Virus record (IMG/VR): IMGVR_UViG_3300034069_000822
Source: a virus
DNA: 64,000 nucleotides
Direction: 5' to 3' (one strand)
Each line of letters starts with the position of its first letter. The first letter of the stretch is position 1. The notes beneath the pieces are model-generated. The model did not search any database. It saw nothing but the letters and a program-made list of their open reading frames with translations, and had not been told where the DNA came from. The position numbers and the translations under genes are program-made. Of this stretch, positions 17,339 to 27,587 are shown one piece after another.

Positions 17339-17644
17339 TCAGGGCCCGATTTCATCGGGAAAGAGGTACGCCAGCACATACCTCGATCCGATGCCTGAGT
17401 ATTCCGGATCGTTCGTTCCCTGGGTATCGATCCACATCAGATCACCCAGGAAGCCGAGATACGCATCTCGCACGATCCGGTTGGCACGTTGGCAAATCAC
17501 GCCCATCACCATCGGTGAGTTGTCAACCAGAAGGTCGAGGAACAAGCCTTGATCCTTTTGATAAATGTTGAACTGGCATTGCTGGTTGTTGAGTTGCACC
17601 CGGACCGCCTGGTTAGGCACGGCTTGAAGCGGAACAATCAGCAT
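17339..17644 (-). CDS. Baseplate plug-like small protein
   Basis: IVPLQAVPNQ...VQL..Q.C, GFLGDL...D..G..DP...GIGSRY.L.Y. Confidence 0.75.
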   Translation of the reverse strand: MLIVPLQAVPNQAVRVQLNNQQCQFNIYQKDQGLFLDLLVDNSPMVMGVICQRANRIVRDAYLGFLGDLMWIDTQGTNDPEYSGIGSRYVLAYLFPDEIGP

Positions 17645-18198
17645 CAGAATGGCCCTGCTGGAAGTCCGCTAGCACCGAATTGTGCTGCGGTTGGCGCAAC
17701 GGGCTGAACCGGCCCTCCATTGACCAGCCCCGCAACTGTCGGGCTTTTCGTTGCGGAGAACATGCCACCACCGGCTTCTCTGATTTCGATCACGGTCACA
17801 TCGACCTGCATCAGACCAACACCGTTCGTTGCGGTCTGCGCATAGTCGTAGCGTTCGATATTTGCGTTCAGATAGACCCTTGCCGGGGTCACGATGTTAT
17901 AGAGCTGCAGATCGCCTGCTATCGCCGATATCGAAGATAGCAATGCCTGCTGCCGAGCTTCATTGCCGCCGGCGGCGAACCGGAGCCTCGTGCCATAGGG
18001 CACTTCGACCTTGTCGTAGCTCTCGAATGAACCGCGCTCGACGGGATAGTCAGAGATCGCCCACTGCTTCCGGAAGTCGAACGCGGTGATGCTGTCGGCA
18101 ATCACGACCGGAATGCCACCGCGATAGATGCCCCATGCCGATGCCCTGCCTCGAAATATCAGGGAAAGCGCGTCGGCGAGGAGGAGTTCAAGAGCCAT
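17644..18198 (-). CDS. Dit-like tail tip/baseplate protein, 184 aa
   Basis: YPVERGSFESYDKV; follows the tape measure; true start MALEL. Confidence 0.75.
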   Translation of the reverse strand: MALELLLADALSLIFRGRASAWGIYRGGIPVVIADSITAFDFRKQWAISDYPVERGSFESYDKVEVPYGTRLRFAAGGNEARQQALLSSISAIAGDLQLYNIVTPARVYLNANIERYDYAQTATNGVGLMQVDVTVIEIREAGGGMFSATKSPTVAGLVNGGPVQPVAPTAAQFGASGLPAGPF

Positions 18199-20459
18199 CA
18201 GGTCGGACCAAAGTTCGCCGCCGTGGCATTGGCGGAATGTTTCATGCGCTTGTCGATATCGCCCCAAATGGCATCGGCAATGCCGTGCGGATCAGAGGCT
18301 TGGGTATGGATGTTCATGTTGCCGATCGATGTGTTCGAAGACACGCTGTTGGCGTAACGACGGTTGTCGTTGTTCGCTGAAGAGATTGCCGCCGAGCCTT
18401 TGGCGCCCGTGGCAATCCCCGGCTGTTCCGGTCTCAACAGATATGAATCCATTCCGCGCATACCGCCGGCCGTCCTGCCGGTGAAATTGTCTACGCCAGT
18501 TCGCGGATTGTAACCCTCAGCTCGTTCAAACCGGGAGGCGGCAATAGCGCCCTCGCGATCATTGCGAGCCGTGCGAAGTGCTGATTCAGACCCACCGCCA
18601 GCCTTGCCAGAGTTGATCTCCTTCAGCACATATTTGACTTGCGTCTCGAAATCGCGCCAATCCTTGCCGAGTTCGCGAGCGTGCTGAAGCATTCCGGCTT
18701 TCCGAGAGCCGAGCCATTGGGCAATCCCAGTTGCGCCGATAGAATTAACCGACGACGGACCACCAGAGGCCTCGACATTCATCCACCGCGAGATAAGTCC
18801 TTTTGCACCATGAGGCGACACGCCGCCCTCTGTCAGCATCTGGTAGGCTTGACGCTGCCGGTCCTTCGTCCACCAACCTCGTTCACCGGCACTTCGACCG
18901 CTGACGGCAAAATCGCTGCCACCGGCGAGGCCTCCGCCGCTCGCCCCAGCCGAAATCAGACTGCCACCAGAACCCATGGGGCCAGCGGACGCGCCAGACA
19001 TGGCTCCGGTGATCCCCTTCCAGAGATTTGACCAGAAACCACCGCCGCCAACTTCGTTGGAGACCGGCATGACCGGAAGCGGGTTTGACTTCGAAACCGG
19101 GCGACCGTCGACTGGACCGTTCAAGAAGCCGTCGAGTGAGTTTTGTCGCTCTCGATCACCACGATCGCGGCCGGGACCACGCCCATGGGGACCAGAACCT
19201 GGTCCCTCCGGAATGCCGCGCATCTTCGCCCATTGGGCGACCCATTCGTCGGCGCGCGGATCATCACGCCAGCTACCCGCATTCTTTGCACTGTCACCCG
19301 ATAGGCTGAGCATAGCTATCCATGGGGAAACACGGCCAAGAAGGCCGCGCGCTAAGCCACCAATACCTGCACCACCGGCCGCGGCAGCCCCTCCACCCGC
19401 TGCGGCAGCACCGGCACCACTCGCAATGGCCCCGCCGAACAGGAACTTTGCCGCCTTGCCACCAGCCCATAGGCCGAACATGATTTCGAGCGCGTTGGTG
19501 AGACCACCAACGGCATCGGCGGCAGACTTGGCGCCGTCACCGAAACTCTTCAAACCAGCGCCGACGGCGTTCCAGTCGATCTTCGCCAGATAGTCAGCGA
19601 ACTTGGCAACCTTGTCGGAAATTTCGCTGGCGAGCCAATCCTTGTTGGCACCCAACCAGGCCGTCATCTTGTTGATGAGATCGGTGATCGGTGGTCCGGC
19701 CAACTCATAGAGCTTGTTGATCAGCGAACCGACCTGTTGGGTCAGCGTGAACCAGGCATTCTGAAGGTCTTGCGCTGCCTTGATCGCCCGGCCGGACGGC
19801 GAAATCGATTTTTCGATTTCGGCGACGTAAGCCCCAACGGCTGCACCTTGATCCTTCATCAGGGCAAATGTGCCGGGGTCGATGCCAAGTTCTTGCGCGA
19901 TGTTGAATGCGCGGGCTGGATCGGTTGCCGCCAAATTCTTCAGCGCGGCCGAAGTCTGCTCTAGAAAAGCGATCGGGCCCTTATCGGTCGAGATCAGCCG
20001 GCCGGTAGCTGCTTCAAGCTGGTAGAACGCCTGCGGCAGTGCTTTGCCTTGAAACCGCAAGTCATACAGCGCCTTGCCCATGCGCTGGATGGTTTCGGCC
20101 GTGACCTGCCCAGTACCGCCGAAACGCTGCGCCGCAGCCTGCCACGCCGCGACTTGCTGCGGCGATTCCGCCATGTTGGCGGAGAACCGGCCCAACTCAG
20201 AATTGGCCAGGGTAAGGCCGCTGATGAGATCGGCAAGCGAACGAGAGCCCGCAATGACGGCAAAGAGCGTGATGACTTCGCGGGCCATCTTCTGGATGCT
20301 GGCGGCAACTTTGTTCGAAGCCGCTTCGACATCCTTGCCCGATTTGACGGCCTGATCCCGTGTCTTGAGAAATGCGGAAGCAGCTTCCTTTTCGCCCTTT
20401 TTGAAGTCCTTCGGATCGAGCCGCAAGGCCACGATGAGTTCGTCGATCAAAACGCCCAT
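18198..20459 (-). CDS. Tape measure protein with a C-terminal tail-lysozyme domain
   Basis: Helical Ala-rich body; ISRWMNVEASGG...GATGIAQWLGSR...DFETQVKYVLKE. Confidence 0.9.
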   Translation of the reverse strand: MGVLIDELIVALRLDPKDFKKGEKEAASAFLKTRDQAVKSGKDVEAASNKVAASIQKMAREVITLFAVIAGSRSLADLISGLTLANSELGRFSANMAESPQQVAAWQAAAQRFGGTGQVTAETIQRMGKALYDLRFQGKALPQAFYQLEAATGRLISTDKGPIAFLEQTSAALKNLAATDPARAFNIAQELGIDPGTFALMKDQGAAVGAYVAEIEKSISPSGRAIKAAQDLQNAWFTLTQQVGSLINKLYELAGPPITDLINKMTAWLGANKDWLASEISDKVAKFADYLAKIDWNAVGAGLKSFGDGAKSAADAVGGLTNALEIMFGLWAGGKAAKFLFGGAIASGAGAAAAGGGAAAAGGAGIGGLARGLLGRVSPWIAMLSLSGDSAKNAGSWRDDPRADEWVAQWAKMRGIPEGPGSGPHGRGPGRDRGDRERQNSLDGFLNGPVDGRPVSKSNPLPVMPVSNEVGGGGFWSNLWKGITGAMSGASAGPMGSGGSLISAGASGGGLAGGSDFAVSGRSAGERGWWTKDRQRQAYQMLTEGGVSPHGAKGLISRWMNVEASGGPSSVNSIGATGIAQWLGSRKAGMLQHARELGKDWRDFETQVKYVLKEINSGKAGGGSESALRTARNDREGAIAASRFERAEGYNPRTGVDNFTGRTAGGMRGMDSYLLRPEQPGIATGAKGSAAISSANNDNRRYANSVSSNTSIGNMNIHTQASDPHGIADAIWGDIDKRMKHSANATAANFGPT

Positions 20460-20701
20460 CAGGTTTCCGTTTTCTTGTGAGAATTGATGATGCGTCGGTT
20501 ATGGCCGTCTACCGTCGCGACCTCGAGCAAGTCGTAGACGTCCTCGACGCCAAGCCACTCATCAAGGTCGCGCAGCGTGGCCAGCTTCTGGGAAAGAACC
20601 GCGCCTATCACTCGTGAAACGTTGGCGTACTCAATCAGGCCTTCGTCGTAGGCGTCGCGTCCGAGGTCGGCTTCGATGCGGCGCCGCCAAGCGAAAAACC
20701 C
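20459..20701 (-). CDS. -1 frameshift extension of the tail assembly chaperone (gpT-like), 80 codons
   Basis: Open -1 frame from the slippery G GGT TTT to a TGA overlapping the tape-measure ATG; contains LATLRDLDEWLGVEDVYDLLE. Confidence 0.7.
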   Translation of the reverse strand, partial: GFFAWRRRIEADLGRDAYDEGLIEYANVSRVIGAVLSQKLATLRDLDEWLGVEDVYDLLEVATVDGHNRRIINSHKKTET

Positions 20702-21114
20702 ACATGCAATTCAAGCACCTCCCGGCGCAGATTGATGCGGGTCATCACTTCCTCGATGTCGTCTTCTATGAGGTTGCGCACGACATTGACGTTGGCTGGA
20801 TCAGGCCTGATCTGGATGCAAGACATCATTTCGTCGAGCAGGGGTTCGGCATCATCCCAGTTGGATGACAGCAAAGCGCTGACGCCCATGACGGCGATGC
20901 CCTGCATGCCCTGCCCGGCTGCCTGCCCAATGTCGATACCAGAACGGGCCACGCTGAGAAGCGCACGCATGGCCCACTTCTCGGCCTGGCTGGCCGGCAT
21001 CTCCCGAATGACGAACACCTTGCCAGCATCACGGCTGATCTCGCCGATTGGTTTCCCGTCGGCATCAATCTGGCGATCATCTGAGATCGTAACTGCTTTG
21101 ACCTTACGCGCCAT
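20635..21114 (-). CDS. Tail assembly chaperone (gpG-like)
   Basis: RDAGKVF.I.EMPA.QAEKWAMRAL; sits between tube and tape measure. Confidence 0.8.
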   Translation of the reverse strand: MARKVKAVTISDDRQIDADGKPIGEISRDAGKVFVIREMPASQAEKWAMRALLSVARSGIDIGQAAGQGMQGIAVMGVSALLSSNWDDAEPLLDEMMSCIQIRPDPANVNVVRNLIEDDIEEVMTRINLRREVLELHVGFSLGGAASKPTSDATPTTKA

Positions 21115-21124
21115 GGATCAAGCC

Positions 21125-21556
21125 TCAGATCGGGTTTGCCGTGACCCGCTCCCAGCGGATCATGTAGCGCCGGGGCTGCAAAATCCGCGCCGCTGTCGGG
21201 AGTGGCGATTTGTTGACCAGATACCCTTTGGTCGAGACATAGGTACGATTGACCGATGTCAGAGTAGTCTGACCATTGGCAGTGAACACATCCCGGTTGT
21301 TGATCATTGCCGCCGCCCATTGCTCGAAGATGAAGTTCGAAACGGAATCAGCTTGCAGCGAGAAATTCTGCTCAACCGGGGTGAAGACAAAACCGCCAGA
21401 GAGAAGGCCGTCTACACCCATTGCAGTTTCGACGACTTCCTGCTCGGCAGCGTCATAGATGTTGTCGGCCGAGAAGCCTTGGATGCGCTGCGGTACCGGG
21501 AACAACCCCGGAATGGTAAGCATGATGATGGCGTTGGCCGCCGTAATGGAGGACAT
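21125..21556 (-). CDS. Tail tube protein
   Basis: SITAANA..L....LFP.P..IQGFSAD, MGVDG.LSGG; follows the sheath. Confidence 0.85.
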   Translation of the reverse strand: MSSITAANAIIMLTIPGLFPVPQRIQGFSADNIYDAAEQEVVETAMGVDGLLSGGFVFTPVEQNFSLQADSVSNFIFEQWAAAMINNRDVFTANGQTTLTSVNRTYVSTKGYLVNKSPLPTAARILQPRRYMIRWERVTANPI

Positions 21557-21584
21557 GCGAAATCTCCCGATCTAGGGCGGTTGG

Positions 21585-23537
21585 TTACTGGACGAGGATA
21601 GATGCAAGGTCGATGTGCTGGACCGAGCCGCCGTCCATATACCAGAAGGAAATCGGCGGCGATTGGCGGGCCTGCCTGACGATCGGAGCGGCGTCCTTGA
21701 CCTGCAGATACCAGCCCTGGATTTGCAGCGTGTCGCTGACAGGAAGGCCGGCGGCAGTGTTCACAAGCGAGGCCTGCTGGGCCGACAGAGTGACATTGGG
21801 CCGTATCGCGCCGAAGTTCAGTCCGGCGTTGATCGGGTCCATGCAGGCCTGCCGGATCAGTGCGTACCCATCAGGGTTGTATGGGACAGATTTCGCATTC
21901 GCGAGCAGGTTCATCAGGGCTAGCTGGAGCGCATTGTTCAGCCAGATCTGATTCTCATAGCTGTCCAGCCACTGGAAGATGCCTGAGACAGTACCGTTCT
22001 GGAACTGGCGGAATTGCTGGTTCGCCGTCGCGTAAGCGCCGTAAAAATTGTACGAGTTCGCGATCAGATTGCTGGCGACCGTCGCTGTGGTGACACCGGC
22101 GACAAGACCGCCCTGCCCCTTGAAGGCGAAGGTGATCCGGCCATTGGTAGCCTGGAAATCGATCGATGCCGCGGCACCGCACACGAAGGCGTCGATGCGC
22201 TGCACATCGGTTGCCAAGACATAGATCGGGCACGTGCCGTTGTAGCCAGCCTGAGCCAGTAAGTACCCGAAGCTCGTGGTGGCCTGAGCGGAAAGCGTCG
22301 GCGTCACATCGGTATCGAGAGAGACATAACCCCAGCGCTTGTTCTGTGCGTTGGTCCACTGGGCGAAAGCCAATTTCTGCTGGCAGCCGTTACCACCATC
22401 AGGATCGAAGATCGTCATGAAGTTCGCCCAGTTCTGGGTGAGATTGATGGTGTTCGTCATGAAGGCGGCAGGTGCCTGCGGAGCGCTACCCTGCGAAAGG
22501 ATGGCACCGGTGTCGACAGTCAGGAAAACCTGCGGGGCTAGCGAGCCAGTTGCGAAAGCCACAGTAGAGCCGATGCCGACTGACCCGGAGGTGATGATGA
22601 AGCCACCGGAGATCGTGTCATAGGAAACGCTCAGCGGTGCGCCTGTGGCCGTGATCGTGGTGCTTGCGGCGGTCTGGGTCAGGTTGACGTAGTAGGTACC
22701 GACAAGGCCTGTGCCAGTGCCAAGACCCGTGATCTGCGTGTTGGCGGTCACACCGGTGCCACTAATCGCCTGCCCGACGGACAGAGTACCAGACGAGACG
22801 GCCGAGACGGTCAACGTGCCATAGGCTGCCGTGACAACGGTGCCATCGGGAACTGACTGGGCCTTCGACACTGCATAGGTGCCGAGCCCACCGGTGGTGC
22901 CCGAAAGCTGAGACACGATCACCGTGCCAACCGTCACGCCGGTGCCACTGATCGCCGCGCCGGGCACCAGATTGCCCGACCCGATAGCGGTCACTGTCAG
23001 CACGTTGCCAGCGATGTTGCCGGTCACGGTAGCGGTGCCGGCAGCAATGGCGCCGGTCACGCTCGCCGCCGAAGGCAGAGTGTTGTTCAGCGCGGTTGCG
23101 ATGATGGCGGCAGCCGACGAATAGCTCGTCGCGGCAGCCAGACTCACCGATGCATTCGAATAGGTATAACCATCCACGACCACCGAAAGAGCGCCAGTGA
23201 GCGCCTGAAGCTTAGGAATGGTCAATGTGTTGACCGGACCACCGCGCAAATAGGCCGAGGCACCAGCGGCGGGGAACCGGGTGAACAGGATGGCCGCAGG
23301 CTTCTGGGTCGAGTTATCGAAGCCCTGGAAATAGACGTTCGCGATCCCGACTTCGTCCGACGACGGGCCGAAATACTTTGATACGGAAGTGCCATCATTC
23401 GGGAACGACAGCACTTGGCCGACGGGTACGCGGGTGTTCAGGGTCAGCACCAGCCCGTTCATCACGAGCGAGTTGCCGCCGGCGTTGAGAACGTTCGGAA
23501 TCACGTTCACAAGAAGGCTTGCAGGTATCGACGACAA
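21585..23537 (-). CDS. Tail sheath protein, DUF3383 family, with two inserted beta-repeat modules
   Basis: [42 protein letters not shown]. Confidence 0.9.
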   Translation of the reverse strand: MSSIPASLLVNVIPNVLNAGGNSLVMNGLVLTLNTRVPVGQVLSFPNDGTSVSKYFGPSSDEVGIANVYFQGFDNSTQKPAAILFTRFPAAGASAYLRGGPVNTLTIPKLQALTGALSVVVDGYTYSNASVSLAAATSYSSAAAIIATALNNTLPSAASVTGAIAAGTATVTGNIAGNVLTVTAIGSGNLVPGAAISGTGVTVGTVIVSQLSGTTGGLGTYAVSKAQSVPDGTVVTAAYGTLTVSAVSSGTLSVGQAISGTGVTANTQITGLGTGTGLVGTYYVNLTQTAASTTITATGAPLSVSYDTISGGFIITSGSVGIGSTVAFATGSLAPQVFLTVDTGAILSQGSAPQAPAAFMTNTINLTQNWANFMTIFDPDGGNGCQQKLAFAQWTNAQNKRWGYVSLDTDVTPTLSAQATTSFGYLLAQAGYNGTCPIYVLATDVQRIDAFVCGAAASIDFQATNGRITFAFKGQGGLVAGVTTATVASNLIANSYNFYGAYATANQQFRQFQNGTVSGIFQWLDSYENQIWLNNALQLALMNLLANAKSVPYNPDGYALIRQACMDPINAGLNFGAIRPNVTLSAQQASLVNTAAGLPVSDTLQIQGWYLQVKDAAPIVRQARQSPPISFWYMDGGSVQHIDLASILVQ

Positions 23538-23551
23538 GGGTTTGTTCCTTC

Positions 23552-24280
23552 TCAGGTGGCCGGATAGGCCGCTTCGACGTTGATGAGTGTGGGCTGCAAC
23601 TGATCCGCGAAGTCCTGCGGCGTTTGCAGTGTGATGTTGGCTTGTAGCCGCGCATCGATGACCCAGCGGTCATCGACTTGCTGCTCGCCGGTCCAGAACG
23701 GGATTTGCTTCGGATCGTCCGCATGGATCGGGGCGACGCCGGTGTTCAATGCAGCAAAAGCCGCGACTGCATATTGGTCTCTAAATAGCGTCGTGATGGT
23801 CTGAGCGTTGTCGGCGGAGTTGTCGCCGTGGACGTCCAGTTGAATAGTGATTTCAGTTGGTTGTAGAAAAGTCTCAAAGCCCGATGCGAGTTTGCCAGAG
23901 CCAACCGTTTGCGCCGGGCTGACTTGGTAGGTTCCGATGCCACCTGTCCCTGAAACGATTGCCGCGACTGTAGTGCCGGCGGCAACACCGACGCCAAAGA
24001 CGGTCTGCCCTACGGCTATCGTGCCGAATTGAACGGCCGTCACGGTCATGACTTGGCCGGCAATCAATCCGGTGAAACTGACATCGGTATAGGTATCGAC
24101 GTTGGTCGAGAGCCGGCGACGTCCGATTGGGTTCATCACTACGTAATCGGGTGCCTTCGGCGGCGGCACTCGGTTCACCTGTGCCCGCACGACTTCAACG
24201 CCAGAAGGCAGGATCGAGATCAGGAACGACCGTAGCGCGGTCAGTACCGCCGTCTCGGTCAGCGCTGGCGCGATGCTCAC
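23552..24280 (-). CDS. Tail terminator/neck protein with one inserted beta-repeat module
   Basis: [25 protein letters not shown]...E.Q...RW. Confidence 0.8.
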   Translation of the reverse strand: MSIAPALTETAVLTALRSFLISILPSGVEVVRAQVNRVPPPKAPDYVVMNPIGRRRLSTNVDTYTDVSFTGLIAGQVMTVTAVQFGTIAVGQTVFGVGVAAGTTVAAIVSGTGGIGTYQVSPAQTVGSGKLASGFETFLQPTEITIQLDVHGDNSADNAQTITTLFRDQYAVAAFAALNTGVAPIHADDPKQIPFWTGEQQVDDRWVIDARLQANITLQTPQDFADQLQPTLINVEAAYPAT

Positions 24281-24572
24281 CCGGCCAGCCTGTAGAAGGC
24301 GACGTTCAGTTTTGCGCCGGCCGTCTGCTCGATGAAGCGCAGTGCGCCCAGATTGGCCGAGAACAGAAGTGGCGCATCAGCCACCGCCATGGTCATGCCG
24401 ATTGCCGCCGTGGGAGCCGTGCCATCGTCCCGCCAACGGACCGCCAACGGACCGCCTGAGCTTCGCAGTCGATGAGCGCAACATTCGCGCCTGGAGGCAC
24501 GGTAAGTGCTGTAGACGCGGCAAGGCTCGTGATCTGCTGATATCCGAGCGGCGCGTAGGATTGAGAGAACAT
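24277..24572 (-). pseudogene. Small virion-region gene (94 aa if restored) frameshifted by an 11-bp tandem duplication
   Basis: MFSQSYAPLGYQQITSL...EAQAVRWR continues as DDGTAPTAAIG...AFYRLAG only if one AACGGACCGCC copy (24435-45 or 24446-56) is removed; 296-11=285 nt. Confidence 0.8.
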
Positions 24573-24581
24573 GTGCCGTTC

Positions 24582-24968
24582 CTATGGTGAGACCTGGAGC
24601 GTCAGAGCCACTTTTGACCAATCGGGCCAGCGTTCGAGGACGTGCGCAGCGAGCCACACATTGCCCTCGGGTAACGTTCCGTTTGGGAATACGAAGAGAT
24701 CGCCGCCAGCCCCGACATTGCGAACGACACCCATAGCCACACCGTTGAGATAAACGGCACGGTCAACGCCCTGGATGTTGAGACCGTCGAGCAAACGAAG
24801 ATCCGAGGACGTTAGAGCTTGGACCTGAACAGAGATGGCGAAATCGGAGTAAGCCGGAATCTGCGATCCGTCGGGCGCCGTGGTGTATCCCGTTGAACGT
24901 CGCAACGTCGCGGGGACAAACGGGTTCACCGCACCAATTGCCGGCGCTACAATCCCATGAAGGTTCAT
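24582..24968 (-). CDS. Head closure/head-tail adaptor protein
   Basis: MNLHGIV..AIGAVNP, QVQAL...DL..LDGLNIQG, VLE.WPDW.K. Confidence 0.75.
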   Translation of the reverse strand: MNLHGIVAPAIGAVNPFVPATLRRSTGYTTAPDGSQIPAYSDFAISVQVQALTSSDLRLLDGLNIQGVDRAVYLNGVAMGVVRNVGAGGDLFVFPNGTLPEGNVWLAAHVLERWPDWSKVALTLQVSP

Positions 24969-24976
24969 TGCTTGGC

Positions 24977-25414
24977 CTACTTCACGCGCCAGTCGACGCT
25001 GTTCAGCATGTGGCTGGTTTCGATGAGCTGCTTGTCGTTGCCTTTGCGGGCGATGGTCGCCTCGCTGAGCGGAGGCCCGACATATTCGACAATCGCGCCT
25101 TGAAGCTGGCCCTTGATCGCTGCACCGGTCTGCCCGAGGGTCTTGTCGGCGTTATAGCCGTTTTCGACGAGCAACCCGCCGATGGCGTCCGGCCATTCCT
25201 CAGACTTCGCCTCGATCATGCCTCGGAAGAACGGGCGCGGCGGTGACTTCTCATTGCCGAATTCGTTCATCGCCGCCACGAAGGGAACGGAGGTGCCATC
25301 CGGATAAGTCGCTCCGGCGAGGAAGCCGATCTCGACGCTCGACGCATTGCTGACGCTCTGCGCGATTTCGGCCAGCTTGGCGGCGAGTTTGTTGCCGCCG
25401 CTGAACGCGACCAT
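24977..25414 (-). CDS. Tail completion/neck protein
   Basis: GF..GATYPDGT.V..VAAMNEFG, PPRPFFR, PPLS.ATI.RKG.DK.LI.T. Confidence 0.8.
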   Translation of the reverse strand: MVAFSGGNKLAAKLAEIAQSVSNASSVEIGFLAGATYPDGTSVPFVAAMNEFGNEKSPPRPFFRGMIEAKSEEWPDAIGGLLVENGYNADKTLGQTGAAIKGQLQGAIVEYVGPPLSEATIARKGNDKQLIETSHMLNSVDWRVK

Positions 25415-25842
25415 CAGCTCTTGGCCTTGGAGCCCTTCAGCGGCAGCACCTGTAGTTCTTCGGGCTTAGCCGGTTCTTCGGATTTCGCTTCGGCCTTCAA
25501 TAGATCGGCAGTGGCGAGAGCGTCATCAGAAGCGGGCTCCTCGGAGGCCGGCGCCACAGATGCTGCGGCAGCCGCAGGCTCATCGCCGGCATGACCCGCT
25601 GGATCAGTTGCGCCCCCGTCATCTGCGACGGGCTGATGATCGGGCTCTGTCACTGCCGCCGGTTCAACTGGGGCCGCAACGGTCACATTTGCGATGTTCA
25701 TCACCTGGGCACCGCCAGCGAGAGCTTCATCGATACGATCGAGGCGAGCCTCGACGATGGAAAGCCGATCCTCAGTCTCGATCTTGAAATCGCGCACTTC
25801 CTTGCGAAGCGCATTGAACATCTGTTCGTCCATGATCTTCAT
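25414..25842 (-). CDS. Hypothetical acidic, Ala/Pro-rich protein with an N-terminal coiled coil
   Basis: In-operon ORF overlapping both neighbours. Confidence 0.65.
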   Translation of the reverse strand: MKIMDEQMFNALRKEVRDFKIETEDRLSIVEARLDRIDEALAGGAQVMNIANVTVAAPVEPAAVTEPDHQPVADDGGATDPAGHAGDEPAAAAASVAPASEEPASDDALATADLLKAEAKSEEPAKPEELQVLPLKGSKAKS

Positions 25843-25848
25843 CCTGAT

Positions 25849-26262
25849 TTACCGATAGGGGAACGGCGTTGGCGGCGGCGCTGGATAGCTGAACCCGCCA
25901 AGCCAGTACGGACGGGCAAGCTGCCAGAACAGCGCGCCGTATGTGGTTTGGGCGTACCAGGCCTGGGCCAGGCTCGTGGTGAACTCGACGTCCACCGAGA
26001 CACTGCCCTCGGTCGCACTGGAGATGCGGCCGACCAGACCCGTTGCCGGGCTACCGACTACGCCAAAGTTGAGTTTGCAGAGATGCGCAACCATCAGCCA
26101 CAGGAAGTTGGTCTGTTGCTGAGGATCGATCACATTTCCGATGAAGCCGGCAATGGCTTGCTGGGCACTCGGCAGAATTCTCGCCGTGATCTGAGGTTCT
26201 GTCACGTTCGAGAACTCAGGATAGGCCGCAGCCCATGCTGCATAATCGAACGTGATAGCCAT
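25849..26262 (-). CDS. Head-tail connector, DUF4054 family, 137 aa
   Basis: FDY..W...YPEFS, L.LMVAHL..L, VGRISSA.EGSVSV, W..QT.YG. Confidence 0.85.
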   Translation of the reverse strand: MAITFDYAAWAAAYPEFSNVTEPQITARILPSAQQAIAGFIGNVIDPQQQTNFLWLMVAHLCKLNFGVVGSPATGLVGRISSATEGSVSVDVEFTTSLAQAWYAQTTYGALFWQLARPYWLGGFSYPAPPPTPFPYR

Positions 26263-26270
26263 GTCAGACC

Positions 26271-26696
26271 TCAGGCCGCAGCGGTTTCGACGCGGCGCTT
26301 GAACTCGGGGATCGGGTTCTTCGGATCGTGCGGCTCGAAACCGACACGTTCGCCGACATGATCCTGGGTGCGGGCCTTGATGTCGCCTGCCCGGGTCATG
26401 ACCATGATGTTGCCCGACTTCACGGCCGGATGATCGGCGTTCTGCTCCATCCATTTGTCCATGAAGTCGGCATCGACGTTGTAGGTCAGCGCGTAGCCGT
26501 TCATGATCAGGTTCGGCGCGGCGCGGTCGACAGCGTGAGACCATCCGTTCAGGGTGATGGTATCACCCACCTTCTCCCACACCGGCACGTCTCGCGAGCC
26601 GCCGCCCATGACGGGCTCCGGACGGCTCGTTTGACGCTGGAGTTGGAGAACCAGCCCATGCGGGAGGCGGCAAGCCACGGTTACCGTTTTCGCCAT
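26271..26696 (-). CDS. Conserved post-capsid hypothetical protein, 141 aa
   Basis: TVTVACRLPHGL.L, GYALT.NVDADF..KW. Confidence 0.75.
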   Translation of the reverse strand: MAKTVTVACRLPHGLVLQLQRQTSRPEPVMGGGSRDVPVWEKVGDTITLNGWSHAVDRAAPNLIMNGYALTYNVDADFMDKWMEQNADHPAVKSGNIMVMTRAGDIKARTQDHVGERVGFEPHDPKNPIPEFKRRVETAAA

Positions 26697-26718
26697 GGTG
26701 AGTTTCCTTTTTACGATA

Positions 26719-27531
26719 CTAGATGCCTTCCGGCATCGAATTGGACTTCGCAAGGTTGATAGACGCGGGGACTACTCTCAAATTCGTGTGAACGTGCAGA
26801 CCGCTGCAAGTCTTTCCTCGAAGAGGATAGATATGATCCACATGATGCGAGATGCCGGTTTCGCGAGTAAGGCGATCAGCTTCCGCATAGATCTCTGCGA
26901 TCGCATTCATATCAGCCCAAGAGGGTGTTCTTGCCTTTAGGTCAAATTCACGTTGCCTAGCGTTGGCAATGTAACAAGCTCGATTTTTTCGGTAGTCATT
27001 ACGCCGTCTTTCACGGATTATGTCGCCGTTGCGAGCCCGTGAATTCTTTCGCCACTGCTTGAATTTTTCAGGATTGCTCACGCGATCCGCTTTGGCCCTG
27101 ATTTTTCGATCGGCAGCAGTTTCTTGGTAGGCAGATCTTTGCTTTTCCCGAATTCTCGGTCGGTGTTTGGCATAACCTTGCCGTTGAGAGAGCTTTTTTC
27201 TCTCGATTTTCTCACTTTCGGAGAAAGCGAACTCCCGACGATTTTCAATGGAGGCTGCCCTGATCTTATTCCCATGATACCGGAGCGTGTTGGCTCCAGT
27301 GCATTCGAGAGAACAAAATCTGGACTTCTTTTCTCGGCATGTCGGCACATCGTATGGCGATCCACATTCCGCACAAACCAACGAAACAGTGGTTGTGCGA
27401 CGAGGTTGAATACGGCGCCATTCGTATAAGCAAGCCATTGAACAGAAATTGCTAGGCTCTCGCCATGCCGGGACATAGTACGAATTAGAGCAGTTCTGAC
27501 ATGATTTATCTGTTCCAGACTTCTTTGACAT
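26719..27531 (-). CDS. Free-standing HNH endonuclease with two N-terminal CxxC zinc-finger repeats
   Basis: HHVDHIYPL.G..CSGLHV..NL......N..KSN; lower GC than neighbours. Confidence 0.85.
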   Translation of the reverse strand: MSKKSGTDKSCQNCSNSYYVPAWREPSNFCSMACLYEWRRIQPRRTTTVSLVCAECGSPYDVPTCREKKSRFCSLECTGANTLRYHGNKIRAASIENRREFAFSESEKIERKKLSQRQGYAKHRPRIREKQRSAYQETAADRKIRAKADRVSNPEKFKQWRKNSRARNGDIIRERRRNDYRKNRACYIANARQREFDLKARTPSWADMNAIAEIYAEADRLTRETGISHHVDHIYPLRGKTCSGLHVHTNLRVVPASINLAKSNSMPEGI

Positions 27532-27587
27532 TGATATACTCGGAAATCAATCTTTGAACTCCGAGTATACCATATTCGTTTTCCCGT

